64,000 nt of DNA, taken from positions 1 through 64,000 of the IMG/VR virus record IMGVR_UViG_3300027763_000043. The stretch is one strand, 5' to 3'. The DNA comes from a virus. The stretch's first letter is position 1. The number at the start of each line of letters is the position of its first letter. Shown one piece after another: positions 55,354 to 64,000 of this stretch. The notes under the pieces were generated by a model. That model was not told the DNA's origin. It worked only from the letters and a program-made list of their open reading frames with translations, and did no database searches. The translations under genes and the position numbers were made by a program.

Positions 55354-57216
55354 TTATTGAATATAAGTTACAACAACAGAACCTCCTCCAGTATTCGTAG
55401 TAATAGTGTTTTGACCATTGCTAGAGAATGATCCGCCGCCACCGCCGCCACCGCCGCCTGGGAAACCGCCGCCGCCACCACCAGAAAATCCCCCTCCTCC
55501 ACCACCATAACCATTACCTGTTGCACCTCCTCCTCCACCACCAAATCCACCTGAACCAACTGTATTTTCATTATCTCCACCTATTGCAGGACCACTCAAA
55601 GATTTTGCATTAAAGTCACTAATTCTACCGCATCCTGAATTACCCAGCACCCCATCTTCATTCCATCCAGCAGCAGAGAAACCACAAACGCTGGGCCCGC
55701 CTTGACCCCCAGCACTTCCGCCAGATCCTCCATTTCCAATAACAGATCCAGGACCTAATAGACCAGAAGCACCAGAAGTAGAACTTGGTGCAGGTACTCC
55801 TCCATTATTTAATCCGGCGCCGCCACCACCACCAGCAATTGCAATTAAAGAACTAGTAGTTTCATTGTATACTACACTTCCACCACCACCACCTGCTCCT
55901 ACCGAATCAATTGTAGTCTGCCCAACTTGTCCAGCAACGATACGAATAATATGTGTTCTAGTTAATAAAATTGGATTGGTTGTAAATTTACGTCCAGTTC
56001 CACCAAGACTACCAGTGTTTCCTCCAGAAGCTCCGGCAACAGTAAATGTATAATACCCATCAATTGGAACAGTCCAAAGTTGAAGACCTTGTGTTACCAC
56101 ATTAAATTTATTAGTATTCAATAACCAAGGATATAATGTAGTATTATATGAAGATAGTAAGTTTGCCAATGTTGGTCCAGCAAATCCAGCAAGACCAGCA
56201 TTCGTAAAAGTAAACGAATCAAATTTTTCACTAATAGTAATAGTAGGACTATAAGCAAGAATAGATCCACCAGCACTTGTCTTAACGCCCAACCGGAATG
56301 TTTCCTCAGGATTTTCCACAGCATCAATACTTGCAGTAAGTGTCGTACTAGCAACACCAGCAGAAACTGTATATGTACCACTCAATGAATTACTTGTAAA
56401 ATCAGCAGCAGTAATTCCTGCAGAACCAATAATATCATAATAAAGTGTAGTACCGTTAGCAAATCCTTGCGCCTGTGTTGTAAAGGTAACTGACTGACCT
56501 TCTTGAAATATAGTTTGAGATGCTGTAGTAACAAGAGTTCTATCAACAATACTAACTACAGGACTTGTACTCAAAATAGTACCACTAGGACTATCAGATC
56601 TTATACTTACAGTAAATGTTTCTGATCCATCAATTAATTGATCATGTGCTATAGGAACACTGAATGTTCCAGCATCATTATTGACTACAAAAGAACCAGA
56701 AATGGCATCAAAGTCAACATTTACAGTACCTATATGATTAATAGTCCAGAATAATGTAGTTCCGTTTGGTATTTTATCAGTAGTAACGTTAAATGTACCA
56801 GAAGCACCTTCATTGATACTAGATGGTACTGAACTGAATATAGTTTTTCCAAAACTACCAATACCAACATCTCCAGAAAATGCAGTAACAGTTCCTGTAG
56901 GAAGATTTATAACACTATCAGTTCCAAGATTGCCATTAATTCCACCAGCACCAACATTCATTGTATAAGCAACACCAGCACTTACCCTAACTACTTTCGT
57001 ATATAAAACAGAACCTCCTCCTCCACCACCGCTACCACCAGTTTGAGCAGAACCAGCAGCACCACCACCAACTACAAGAACTTCAATAAGTCCATTTGTA
57101 GTTGGTGTAAATGTATTAAGTCCTACAGTATCAAAAGTATGAACTTTATATCCTCCAATAGTACTAATCGTTCCACCAGTTGCATTTTCCAATTTTCCGC
57201 CAGAAATAAATGCCAT
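55354..57216 (-). CDS. Stalked adhesin: Gly-rich N-half, 1+1 Ig-like repeats, Gly-rich tip
   Basis: Paralog of 52801-55272; tip GLQLWTVP. Confidence 0.75.
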   Translation of the reverse strand: MAFISGGKLENATGGTISTIGGYKVHTFDTVGLNTFTPTTNGLIEVLVVGGGAAGSAQTGGSGGGGGGSVLYTKVVRVSAGVAYTMNVGAGGINGNLGTDSVINLPTGTVTAFSGDVGIGSFGKTIFSSVPSSINEGASGTFNVTTDKIPNGTTLFWTINHIGTVNVDFDAISGSFVVNNDAGTFSVPIAHDQLIDGSETFTVSIRSDSPSGTILSTSPVVSIVDRTLVTTASQTIFQEGQSVTFTTQAQGFANGTTLYYDIIGSAGITAADFTSNSLSGTYTVSAGVASTTLTASIDAVENPEETFRLGVKTSAGGSILAYSPTITISEKFDSFTFTNAGLAGFAGPTLANLLSSYNTTLYPWLLNTNKFNVVTQGLQLWTVPIDGYYTFTVAGASGGNTGSLGGTGRKFTTNPILLTRTHIIRIVAGQVGQTTIDSVGAGGGGGSVVYNETTSSLIAIAGGGGGAGLNNGGVPAPSSTSGASGLLGPGSVIGNGGSGGSAGGQGGPSVCGFSAAGWNEDGVLGNSGCGRISDFNAKSLSGPAIGGDNENTVGSGGFGGGGGGATGNGYGGGGGGFSGGGGGGFPGGGGGGGGGSFSSNGQNTITTNTGGGSVVVTYIQ

Positions 57217-57231
57217 GACTTACTAATACCT

Positions 57232-57594
57232 CTATAATGATTCTAACCAAGAATGAAAATTATCATCGCTCATCTCTTCGCCCAATCCAGAATAAAGTGC
57301 TTGTATGATTTCTTCGTATTTTGAATTTACCCAGTCTACGTTAGAATATTTCCATTTACTAATTGGACAAGATTTTAAACTAGATCTTGTCATAGAATCT
57401 AAATGGCAATTATATTGATTATAATTACACGTAACTTGAGATTCATTATAAAATTCACAAGATTTGCAAATATTAAGACGTTGTTGTTGAATTTCTGGAG
57501 ATACAAATAATGAATCACCATCAAGTGCTGCTTTAACGACTTGATATGCAGCATATTTAAATTTTCTCAATTCTTCTAATGGATCAACATTCAT
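57232..57594 (-). CDS. Cys-rich small protein (DUF6171-like)
   Basis: RLNICKSCEF...C...C...SCPISKW; CTAAATA upstream. Confidence 0.6.
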   Translation of the reverse strand: MNVDPLEELRKFKYAAYQVVKAALDGDSLFVSPEIQQQRLNICKSCEFYNESQVTCNYNQYNCHLDSMTRSSLKSCPISKWKYSNVDWVNSKYEEIIQALYSGLGEEMSDDNFHSWLESL

Positions 57595-57625
57595 AATTAT
57601 CTATTTTTTAAATATTTAGTACAGT

Positions 57626-60600
57626 TTAACTTAGATAGAAAGTTCCAGCTGCTCCGACTAATCCATTACCACCATTAACACTACCATCAGTACTAAAAGT
57701 AACGTTTCCAGAATTTGAAGTAAATGATCCACTAAATCCAGTTATTTTTTGATATGTATTTGATCTGCTGCCAGAAGCACTGAATATAGTTATTCCACCA
57801 AAATTCATACCATAAGAATCACAACATGATTCGGATGCTCCACTAATTGGCGATACACCAAAACTTCCGGTTCCAAATATATAACTAACATCACTCATAA
57901 TACTATAATCTGATGCTCCCATCGTAAATGGTGTGATTTGATTTTGACCATTTGACACGAAGGAACTACTTGGCCAAGTTACTGGGAATTTGATTGATTT
58001 TACTGTGGATGGATCAGCAATTACTGCTAATGAGTATAATGTATTTGAAGTTCCTCTAAGAATTGCATTTTGACCAATCGTGGCATTTGTTGTCCATAAA
58101 GCACGACTATTGATAATAGGAGTATCACTGATTGTAACTGTAGGACTTGTAGAAATATAAGGCCCTGTTGGACCTGTTCGTATATTTAATTGGAATGTTT
58201 CTAAACCTTCACTAGATCCATCGGAAGTTGCAGTAATTGTCGTACTTGCAAATCCAGAAAGAACGTTATATGTACCAGTTAATGAATTTCTAGTAAAATC
58301 TGCAGCAGTAATTCCTGCTGAACCAGTAATATCATAATAAAGTATAGTACCATCTGCATATGCCGCATTTGTGGTAAATATGACTGATGTACCTTCCTGA
58401 ATTGCAGTTGTGGATGCCGTAGTTAAAAATGTCCGATCATTAATTGTAACAGAAGCACTGGTAGCATAAACAGCACCAGAAGTACTACCATCTCTCACAC
58501 TTACAGTGAATGTTTCTGCACTGTCATTTAATAAATCATTTGCTACAGGAACATTAAAAGATCCAGCATTACCCGTAATCGTAAAGGAACCAGAATTAGA
58601 TGTAAAGTCTGAAGAGTCGGTGGTTATGTGATTTATAGTCCAGAATAATGTATAACCATTACTTATACTATTGGTAGTAACGTTAAATGTACCAGAAGCA
58701 CCTTCATTAATATTAGATGGAATGGAACCAAAAGTAACCGTGGCGGCAGATATGGTAACCGAAGAACTAGTAGCAACTACTTCTCCAGTAATGCTTTGAT
58801 ACCTCGCCTGAACACTAAATGTTTCCGCACCTTCAAGTGTTGCATCGGTTGCTATGGGAACACTAAATGTGCCAGAATTACTTGTAATTGTAAAGGATCC
58901 TGAAGTGGATGCAAAGTCAGCATCTACTGTAGTTCCATTTAATACTGTCCAGAACAATGTAGTTCCATTTGCCACATTGAATGTTGTAAGTACAAAGTTT
59001 CCTGATGTACCGGTGGATTCATTTATAGCGGTTGGTGTAGTTGTGAATGCATAAGTCTTAGCAGGTAATGTAACAGAGGCACTGCTAGCGACTATTTCTC
59101 CAGTAATACTTTGATATCTAATCTGAACTCTAAATGTTTCCGCACCTTCTGTAGTTAAATTAGTCGCTACAGGGACACTAAATGATCCAGCGTTACTTGT
59201 AATCGTAAAGGATCCTGAAGTGGATGCAAAGTCGGCATCTACAGTACTTATATTATCAATAGTCCAGAATAATGTGGTTCCATTCGTTACATTCGTAGTT
59301 GTAACATTAAATGTACCAGAAGCACCTTCAAGTATTGTAGATGGAATAGAACTGAATATATAAGTCTTGGCGGGTATTGTAACTGTACCACTGGTAGCAA
59401 CTAGTTCTCCACTAATACTTTGGTATCTAACCTGCACAGTAAATGTTTCTGCACCTTCTACAAACAAATTAGTTGCTATAGGAACACTAAATGTTCCAGC
59501 GTTATTTGTAATCGTAAAGGATCCTGAAGTGGATGCAAAGTCAGCATTTACTGTAGTTCCATTTACAATATTCCAGAATAGTGTGGTTCCATTAGTTACA
59601 TTAGTGGTTGTAAAATTAAATGTACCAGAAGCACCTTCGTTAATAGTAGATGGAATAGAACTGAATATATAAGTCTTAGCAGGTATTGTGACCGTAGAAC
59701 TTGTTGCATAAACAGCACCAGAAGTACTACCATCCCTTACACTTACTGTAAACGTTTCTGCACCTTCTATAAACAAATTAGTTGCTATAGGAACACTAAA
59801 TGATCCAGCATTATTTGTAATCGTAAAGGAACCCGAAGTGGCACCAAAGTCTGTAGAGTCGGTAGTTCCATTGTTTATAGTCCAGAATAATATATGCCCA
59901 TTACTTATACTATTAGTAGTAACGTTAAATGTACCAGAAGCACCTTCATTGATAGTAGATGGTACTGAGCTAAATGTAACTGTTGCGGCAGATACTGTAA
60001 CTGAAGTACTAGTAGCAACTATTTCCCCAGTAATACTCTGATATCTAACCTGCACTCTAAATGTTTCCGCACCTTCAAGTGTTGCATCGGTCGATATAGG
60101 AACACTGAATGTACCAGAATTACTTGTAATCGTAAAGGATCCTGAAGTGGATGCAAAGTCAGCATCTACTGTAGTTTCATTCAATACTGTCCAGAATAAT
60201 GTTGTCCCATTTGTTACATTGAATGTTGTAAGTACAAAGTTTCCTGATGTACCGGTGGATTCATTTATAGCTGTTGGTGCAGTTGTGAATGTATAAGTCT
60301 TGGCAGGTAGTGTAACTGCACCGCTGGTAGCAACTACTTCTCCTGTAATACTTAGATACCTGATTTTTACAGTGAATGTTTCTGCGCCTTCTATAAACAA
60401 ATTAGTTGCTACCGGGACGCTAAATGATCCAGCATTACTGGTAATCGTAAAGGAACCAGAAGTGGCACCAAAGTCTGCAGAATTAGTGGTTCCATGTTCT
60501 ACAGTCCAGAATAATGTGGTTCCATTCGTTACGTTAGTGGTTGTAACGTTAAATGTGCCAGAAGCACCTTCAAGTATTGTGGATGGTACTGAACTAAACG

Positions 60601-61588
60601 CATAAGTCTTAGCAGGTATTGTGACCGAATTACTAGTGGCAACTGCCGTACCAGAAGTACCATCAATTCTTAGACTTACAGTAAACGTTTCTGCACCTTC
60701 TGCAGTTAAATTAGTTGCTATAGGAACACTAAATGATCCGGCATTATTTGTAATCGTAAAGGAACCCGAAGTGGCGCCAAAGTCTGTAGAGTCGGTAGTT
60801 CCATTGTTTATAGTCCAATATAAAGTAGTTCCATTCTCAACATTTGCAGTAGTAACATTAAATGTACCAGAAGCACCTTCATTGATAGTAGATGGTACTG
60901 AACTGAACACAAATGTTGCTTGTGGTATAACAACAGGAATAGGTAAAGTGGATACAATTTGCCCACTATTACTATCTACTCTCAAATTCAACTTAAAGGA
61001 TGTATTTCCCGTTCCAGTTATTGTTTTACTGATTGGAACAATTGCACTATTAGAAACAGTTGTTGCTCCAGTTAAAATCCCATCAGTAAAAGATGATGTA
61101 GACACACCAACAATATCATAGTATAATGTAGTCCCATTTGCCAACATTGAAGTGGAATTAAATATAACCGTTTGTCCAACTGTTCTTGTATATGAATTTG
61201 GAGTTATTGGTAAAAGACCATAACTACCAATACCAACATCTCCACCATAAGCAGTAATAATTCCTTCAGCATGATTAAATACACTATCAAATCCAAGACC
61301 AGAATTACTATTAGTTCCACCAGCACCAACAATTACTGGATAAGAAACACCGGCAGTTACTGGAATGAATCTTTGATATAAAACAGAACCTCCTCCGCCT
61401 CCACCACTTACACCAGACTGAATGGAACCGCCAGCACCACCACCAACTACAAGAACTTCAACATAACCACTTCCTCTTGCTACAAAGGTATTCAGTCCTA
61501 CAGTATCGAAAGTATGAACATTATAACCTTCAATTTGGGAAACATTTCCACCAATCGCCGTCACCCTTGATCCAGAAATAAATGCCAT
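57626..61588 (-). CDS. Stalked adhesin: Gly-rich N-half, about 8+2 Ig-like repeats, unrelated tip
   Basis: 1320 aa; tandem repeats with ~306-bp period. Confidence 0.75.
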   Translation of the reverse strand: MAFISGSRVTAIGGNVSQIEGYNVHTFDTVGLNTFVARGSGYVEVLVVGGGAGGSIQSGVSGGGGGGSVLYQRFIPVTAGVSYPVIVGAGGTNSNSGLGFDSVFNHAEGIITAYGGDVGIGSYGLLPITPNSYTRTVGQTVIFNSTSMLANGTTLYYDIVGVSTSSFTDGILTGATTVSNSAIVPISKTITGTGNTSFKLNLRVDSNSGQIVSTLPIPVVIPQATFVFSSVPSTINEGASGTFNVTTANVENGTTLYWTINNGTTDSTDFGATSGSFTITNNAGSFSVPIATNLTAEGAETFTVSLRIDGTSGTAVATSNSVTIPAKTYAFSSVPSTILEGASGTFNVTTTNVTNGTTLFWTVEHGTTNSADFGATSGSFTITSNAGSFSVPVATNLFIEGAETFTVKIRYLSITGEVVATSGAVTLPAKTYTFTTAPTAINESTGTSGNFVLTTFNVTNGTTLFWTVLNETTVDADFASTSGSFTITSNSGTFSVPISTDATLEGAETFRVQVRYQSITGEIVATSTSVTVSAATVTFSSVPSTINEGASGTFNVTTNSISNGHILFWTINNGTTDSTDFGATSGSFTITNNAGSFSVPIATNLFIEGAETFTVSVRDGSTSGAVYATSSTVTIPAKTYIFSSIPSTINEGASGTFNFTTTNVTNGTTLFWNIVNGTTVNADFASTSGSFTITNNAGTFSVPIATNLFVEGAETFTVQVRYQSISGELVATSGTVTIPAKTYIFSSIPSTILEGASGTFNVTTTNVTNGTTLFWTIDNISTVDADFASTSGSFTITSNAGSFSVPVATNLTTEGAETFRVQIRYQSITGEIVASSASVTLPAKTYAFTTTPTAINESTGTSGNFVLTTFNVANGTTLFWTVLNGTTVDADFASTSGSFTITSNSGTFSVPIATDATLEGAETFSVQARYQSITGEVVATSSSVTISAATVTFGSIPSNINEGASGTFNVTTNSISNGYTLFWTINHITTDSSDFTSNSGSFTITGNAGSFNVPVANDLLNDSAETFTVSVRDGSTSGAVYATSASVTINDRTFLTTASTTAIQEGTSVIFTTNAAYADGTILYYDITGSAGITAADFTRNSLTGTYNVLSGFASTTITATSDGSSEGLETFQLNIRTGPTGPYISTSPTVTISDTPIINSRALWTTNATIGQNAILRGTSNTLYSLAVIADPSTVKSIKFPVTWPSSSFVSNGQNQITPFTMGASDYSIMSDVSYIFGTGSFGVSPISGASESCCDSYGMNFGGITIFSASGSRSNTYQKITGFSGSFTSNSGNVTFSTDGSVNGGNGLVGAAGTFYLS

Positions 61589-61597
61589 TTTATCTGC

Positions 61598-62350
61598 TCA
61601 ATTTAAATATCTGATGAATATACATCCAGGTGTTGCATCCGGAAAAAATGCTCCAGATCCTCCACTACCGCCCAATCCAAAGTTTGAAGGACTGGACGTT
61701 GGATGCAATGATCCACCACCTCCAAATCCTCCTCCGCCGCCGCCATAAAAAGTAGAAACTCCAGTAATACTATATGCCAATCCTTGACCCCCAATATTGT
61801 CAATAGCTGCTCCACCGGCACCTCCACCAGCACCAGTAAAAGTATCACTACCATTTCCACCAGGAAATCCAAATCCGGGATTACCATTTCCAATTCCCCC
61901 AGCACCACCTCTTCCAGGAAAAGCCCCACTACCGCCGCTAGCAGAACCAACAGGATTTGGATTTCCAGGAAAAGATGCACTACTAGGAACACCACCGGAA
62001 CCACCACCAGCAGTAATAGTTCCACCATTATATCTAAAAGTAGTTGCAGTACCAGCAACAGTTCCGGCACCTGTAAAACCTACATTTAGACTATATGAAA
62101 CACCAGAAAGAACAGGAACAAATCTCTGATAAAAGACAGAACCTCCCCCACCACCACTAATTTCATTTGCACCAAGATTTTCACTTCCTCCTCCACCACC
62201 ACCAACAACGAGAACATCAACAGTTCCATTCCCTCTGGGTGTAAAAGTAAAAGTTCCCGGAGTAGTAAAGGCGTGTACAACGGCACCAGGAATATTATTT
62301 ATTATTCCACCAGTAGCAGTGGTAACACGAGGTCCTGCAATAAATCCCAT
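61598..62350 (-). CDS. Glycine-rich adhesin-like protein (complete domain)
   Basis: Paralog; CATAAATA late promoter upstream. Confidence 0.75.
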   Translation of the reverse strand: MGFIAGPRVTTATGGIINNIPGAVVHAFTTPGTFTFTPRGNGTVDVLVVGGGGGGSENLGANEISGGGGGSVFYQRFVPVLSGVSYSLNVGFTGAGTVAGTATTFRYNGGTITAGGGSGGVPSSASFPGNPNPVGSASGGSGAFPGRGGAGGIGNGNPGFGFPGGNGSDTFTGAGGGAGGAAIDNIGGQGLAYSITGVSTFYGGGGGGFGGGGSLHPTSSPSNFGLGGSGGSGAFFPDATPGCIFIRYLN

Positions 62351-62384
62351 ATTATTTTATTATCTTTCCAGTATTTATGCTAAT

Positions 62385-63290
62385 TTATTGCGCTTCAATT
62401 GCCTCAAAGATTTTATCAATATCGAATAAATCTTCGTTCTCATTGAATGGATACTCATGTTCAGATCCATTAAAATCAAAATCAAACAAATAAGAACCAG
62501 GTAACTTAAAGTTATGAGGTTTTACTGTTTCAATATTCGTATGCATATCATATCCAAATACTTTAGGACTTGTACCATTCCACAAAACAACAGAAGGAAG
62601 TTTGATTGCGGCGGCCGCATGTTGCAAACAACTATCAATCAATACTCTTTTATCACTATGAATAATTAAACTCAAAAATTCCAATGTAGAAAGTTGAGTT
62701 TCTTCATCAAACTGAATTGGAATTGTATTCATCAGTTTTGGTGAATTCATCTTAGTTGCCTGATAAATTGTATATTTTTTATGATACTTATCTACAATTT
62801 GTTGTGCAATATCAAAGGGCATATCTCTTGCCCACATATAAGGTTTTGCATCAGGAGTAATTAAACCACCATTGGTGTGAATAACCATTGTTGGTTTTTT
62901 ATCCTTGAGCCAAACATCTTTTGAAATTTTCTTTTGTAATGGGTTAAAAATTAATTCTGGAGTTTCTCCCTTATAATCCAATCCATACATCTTGCACCAT
63001 GTTTGAATGAGTGGAAGTTTCTTATGAATATGATCTGTCGTAAAATAAGGTTCATTATGAAAAATCAATGAATCTTGATTTTCAATATAATTTTGATAGA
63101 AATAATTGGTATTATTCAACTGATAGACTCTATCCACGAATGGTAGATTCATAAAAACATCAGTATAAACAGCAACTACAATGAGTTTTCTGCTTGGATG
63201 ATTGTTTTTAATACACTTTGCTACTGCAGATGCTGCAATATGCTTTCCCAACCCACCTTGAACATGGAAAATACTATACTTTTCTTTCAT
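62385..63290 (-). CDS. GT-B glycosyltransferase (GT9/heptosyltransferase-like)
   Basis: GGLGKHI...IDSCLQHAAAA..LPSVVLW..TSP..FGY. Confidence 0.7.
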   Translation of the reverse strand: MKEKYSIFHVQGGLGKHIAASAVAKCIKNNHPSRKLIVVAVYTDVFMNLPFVDRVYQLNNTNYFYQNYIENQDSLIFHNEPYFTTDHIHKKLPLIQTWCKMYGLDYKGETPELIFNPLQKKISKDVWLKDKKPTMVIHTNGGLITPDAKPYMWARDMPFDIAQQIVDKYHKKYTIYQATKMNSPKLMNTIPIQFDEETQLSTLEFLSLIIHSDKRVLIDSCLQHAAAAIKLPSVVLWNGTSPKVFGYDMHTNIETVKPHNFKLPGSYLFDFDFNGSEHEYPFNENEDLFDIDKIFEAIEAQ

Positions 63291-63306
63291 TATAAAGTCT
63301 CAGAGA

Positions 63307-63642
63307 TTACCAGGGAAGTTCTGTAGAAATAGTTGTAGGTGCTGGAGGATTTGCAACGGCATCAATCCAGGCGGCATTATTAACTTCATGACCACCAAGA
63401 CTTTCTCCAAGTTTTTCTTTTACCCATCCAATAACAGTTTCCTCATTTAAAGATTCATAAGGAACAAAGTTTTCAATGTTTTCTGTTTCCAATTGAATAG
63501 AACCGTATGCATCACAGGAATTAGTTCCATCAGTACTTCTAACCTTATAGTCCAAAGAAGTAACTGCACCAGACCCATCATTCAATTGAACGAGTCTTTC
63601 AACTGTCCAAGTATGTGTGATTGTATTCTTCTTAGTTGCCAT
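63307..63642 (-). CDS. Hypothetical fibre-associated protein
   Basis: TWTV...FVPYESLNEETVIGWV...LPW. Confidence 0.6.
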   Translation of the reverse strand: MATKKNTITHTWTVERLVQLNDGSGAVTSLDYKVRSTDGTNSCDAYGSIQLETENIENFVPYESLNEETVIGWVKEKLGESLGGHEVNNAAWIDAVANPPAPTTISTELPW

Positions 63643-63653
63643 TTTATTCTACC

Positions 63654-64000
63654 TTAAGTTACAATTTTAATTTGATTTGAATTTGTTGAAATATATTTTG
63701 GAATAGAAACATCGGTTTGTTTCTGCCTCCAAATATCCATCCCATTACATTTATTTAACACATAAGAAGAAAGAACTTCTGATGGATTCGGGGCAGTTGA
63801 TTTGAGTTTTGAACGTACTTCGTGCATATCTGCAAGTCCATAAGTATTCATATCTTGCTCACGATTTTGATTCTGCAAGTTATCAAATTCATGTTCATAA
63901 TATTCTTCACCAAGAAACTCATACAATTTCTTAAGTGTTTGCTTTGATTTTTTAACAAGATCCCGATATTCCACAAAATGCATTCTATCACCAAATTCTT
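63654..64000 (-). CDS. Sulfotransferase-like protein, C-terminal part (partial)
   Basis: Frame is open to the window end; FVEYRDLV...LKKLYEFLG...H.F..L pattern. Confidence 0.6.
   Translation of the reverse strand, partial: EFGDRMHFVEYRDLVKKSKQTLKKLYEFLGEEYYEHEFDNLQNQNREQDMNTYGLADMHEVRSKLKSTAPNPSEVLSSYVLNKCNGMDIWRQKQTDVSIPKYISTNSNQIKIVT

Noticed and set aside
50124-62350. Diversity-generating retroelement or invertible shufflon behind the adhesin variation
   Set aside because: No reverse transcriptase or recombinase in the window, all cassettes share one orientation, and by eye the repeat differences are not adenine-specific

Overview
A 64-kb fragment of an AT-rich T4-like cyanomyovirus (Kyanoviridae-like). 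The host is inferred from gene content; no database search was run. Almost everything is on the minus strand. From left to right: early genes with hairpin-containing sigma70 promoters and an SF2 helicase; large tail-fibre genes; a three-tRNA cluster; a glycosylation operon; a collagen-like fibre with a Gly-rich partner; the baseplate/tail module (gp5, gp27-like hub, virion lysin, gp51, gp26, gp19/54-like, gp4, gp2, gp48, gp53) interrupted by a GIY-YIG homing endonuclease; the core replication block (gp32, gp59, gp33, exonuclease, phoH, thyX); two structured RNAs; an oxygenase/halogenase-like/methyltransferase operon; and a 12-kb array of Gly-rich adhesin-like paralogs. Four observations stand out. 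(1) A 200-nt IC3-type group I intron sits in the anticodon of a phage tRNA-Leu(UAA). (2) The Gly-rich adhesin domain appears split: three long Ig-repeat stalk proteins carry only its N-half, and a separately promoted 120-aa gene encodes the missing C-half. (3) The homing-endonuclease cassette recoded the end of gp51 and carries a candidate loop-presenting antisense sRNA against its own mRNA leader. (4) A glnA-type glutamine riboswitch precedes an unannotated 30-aa peptide, and a separate ~100-nt stand-alone sRNA lies nearby. Product calls come from motif recognition and synteny only.
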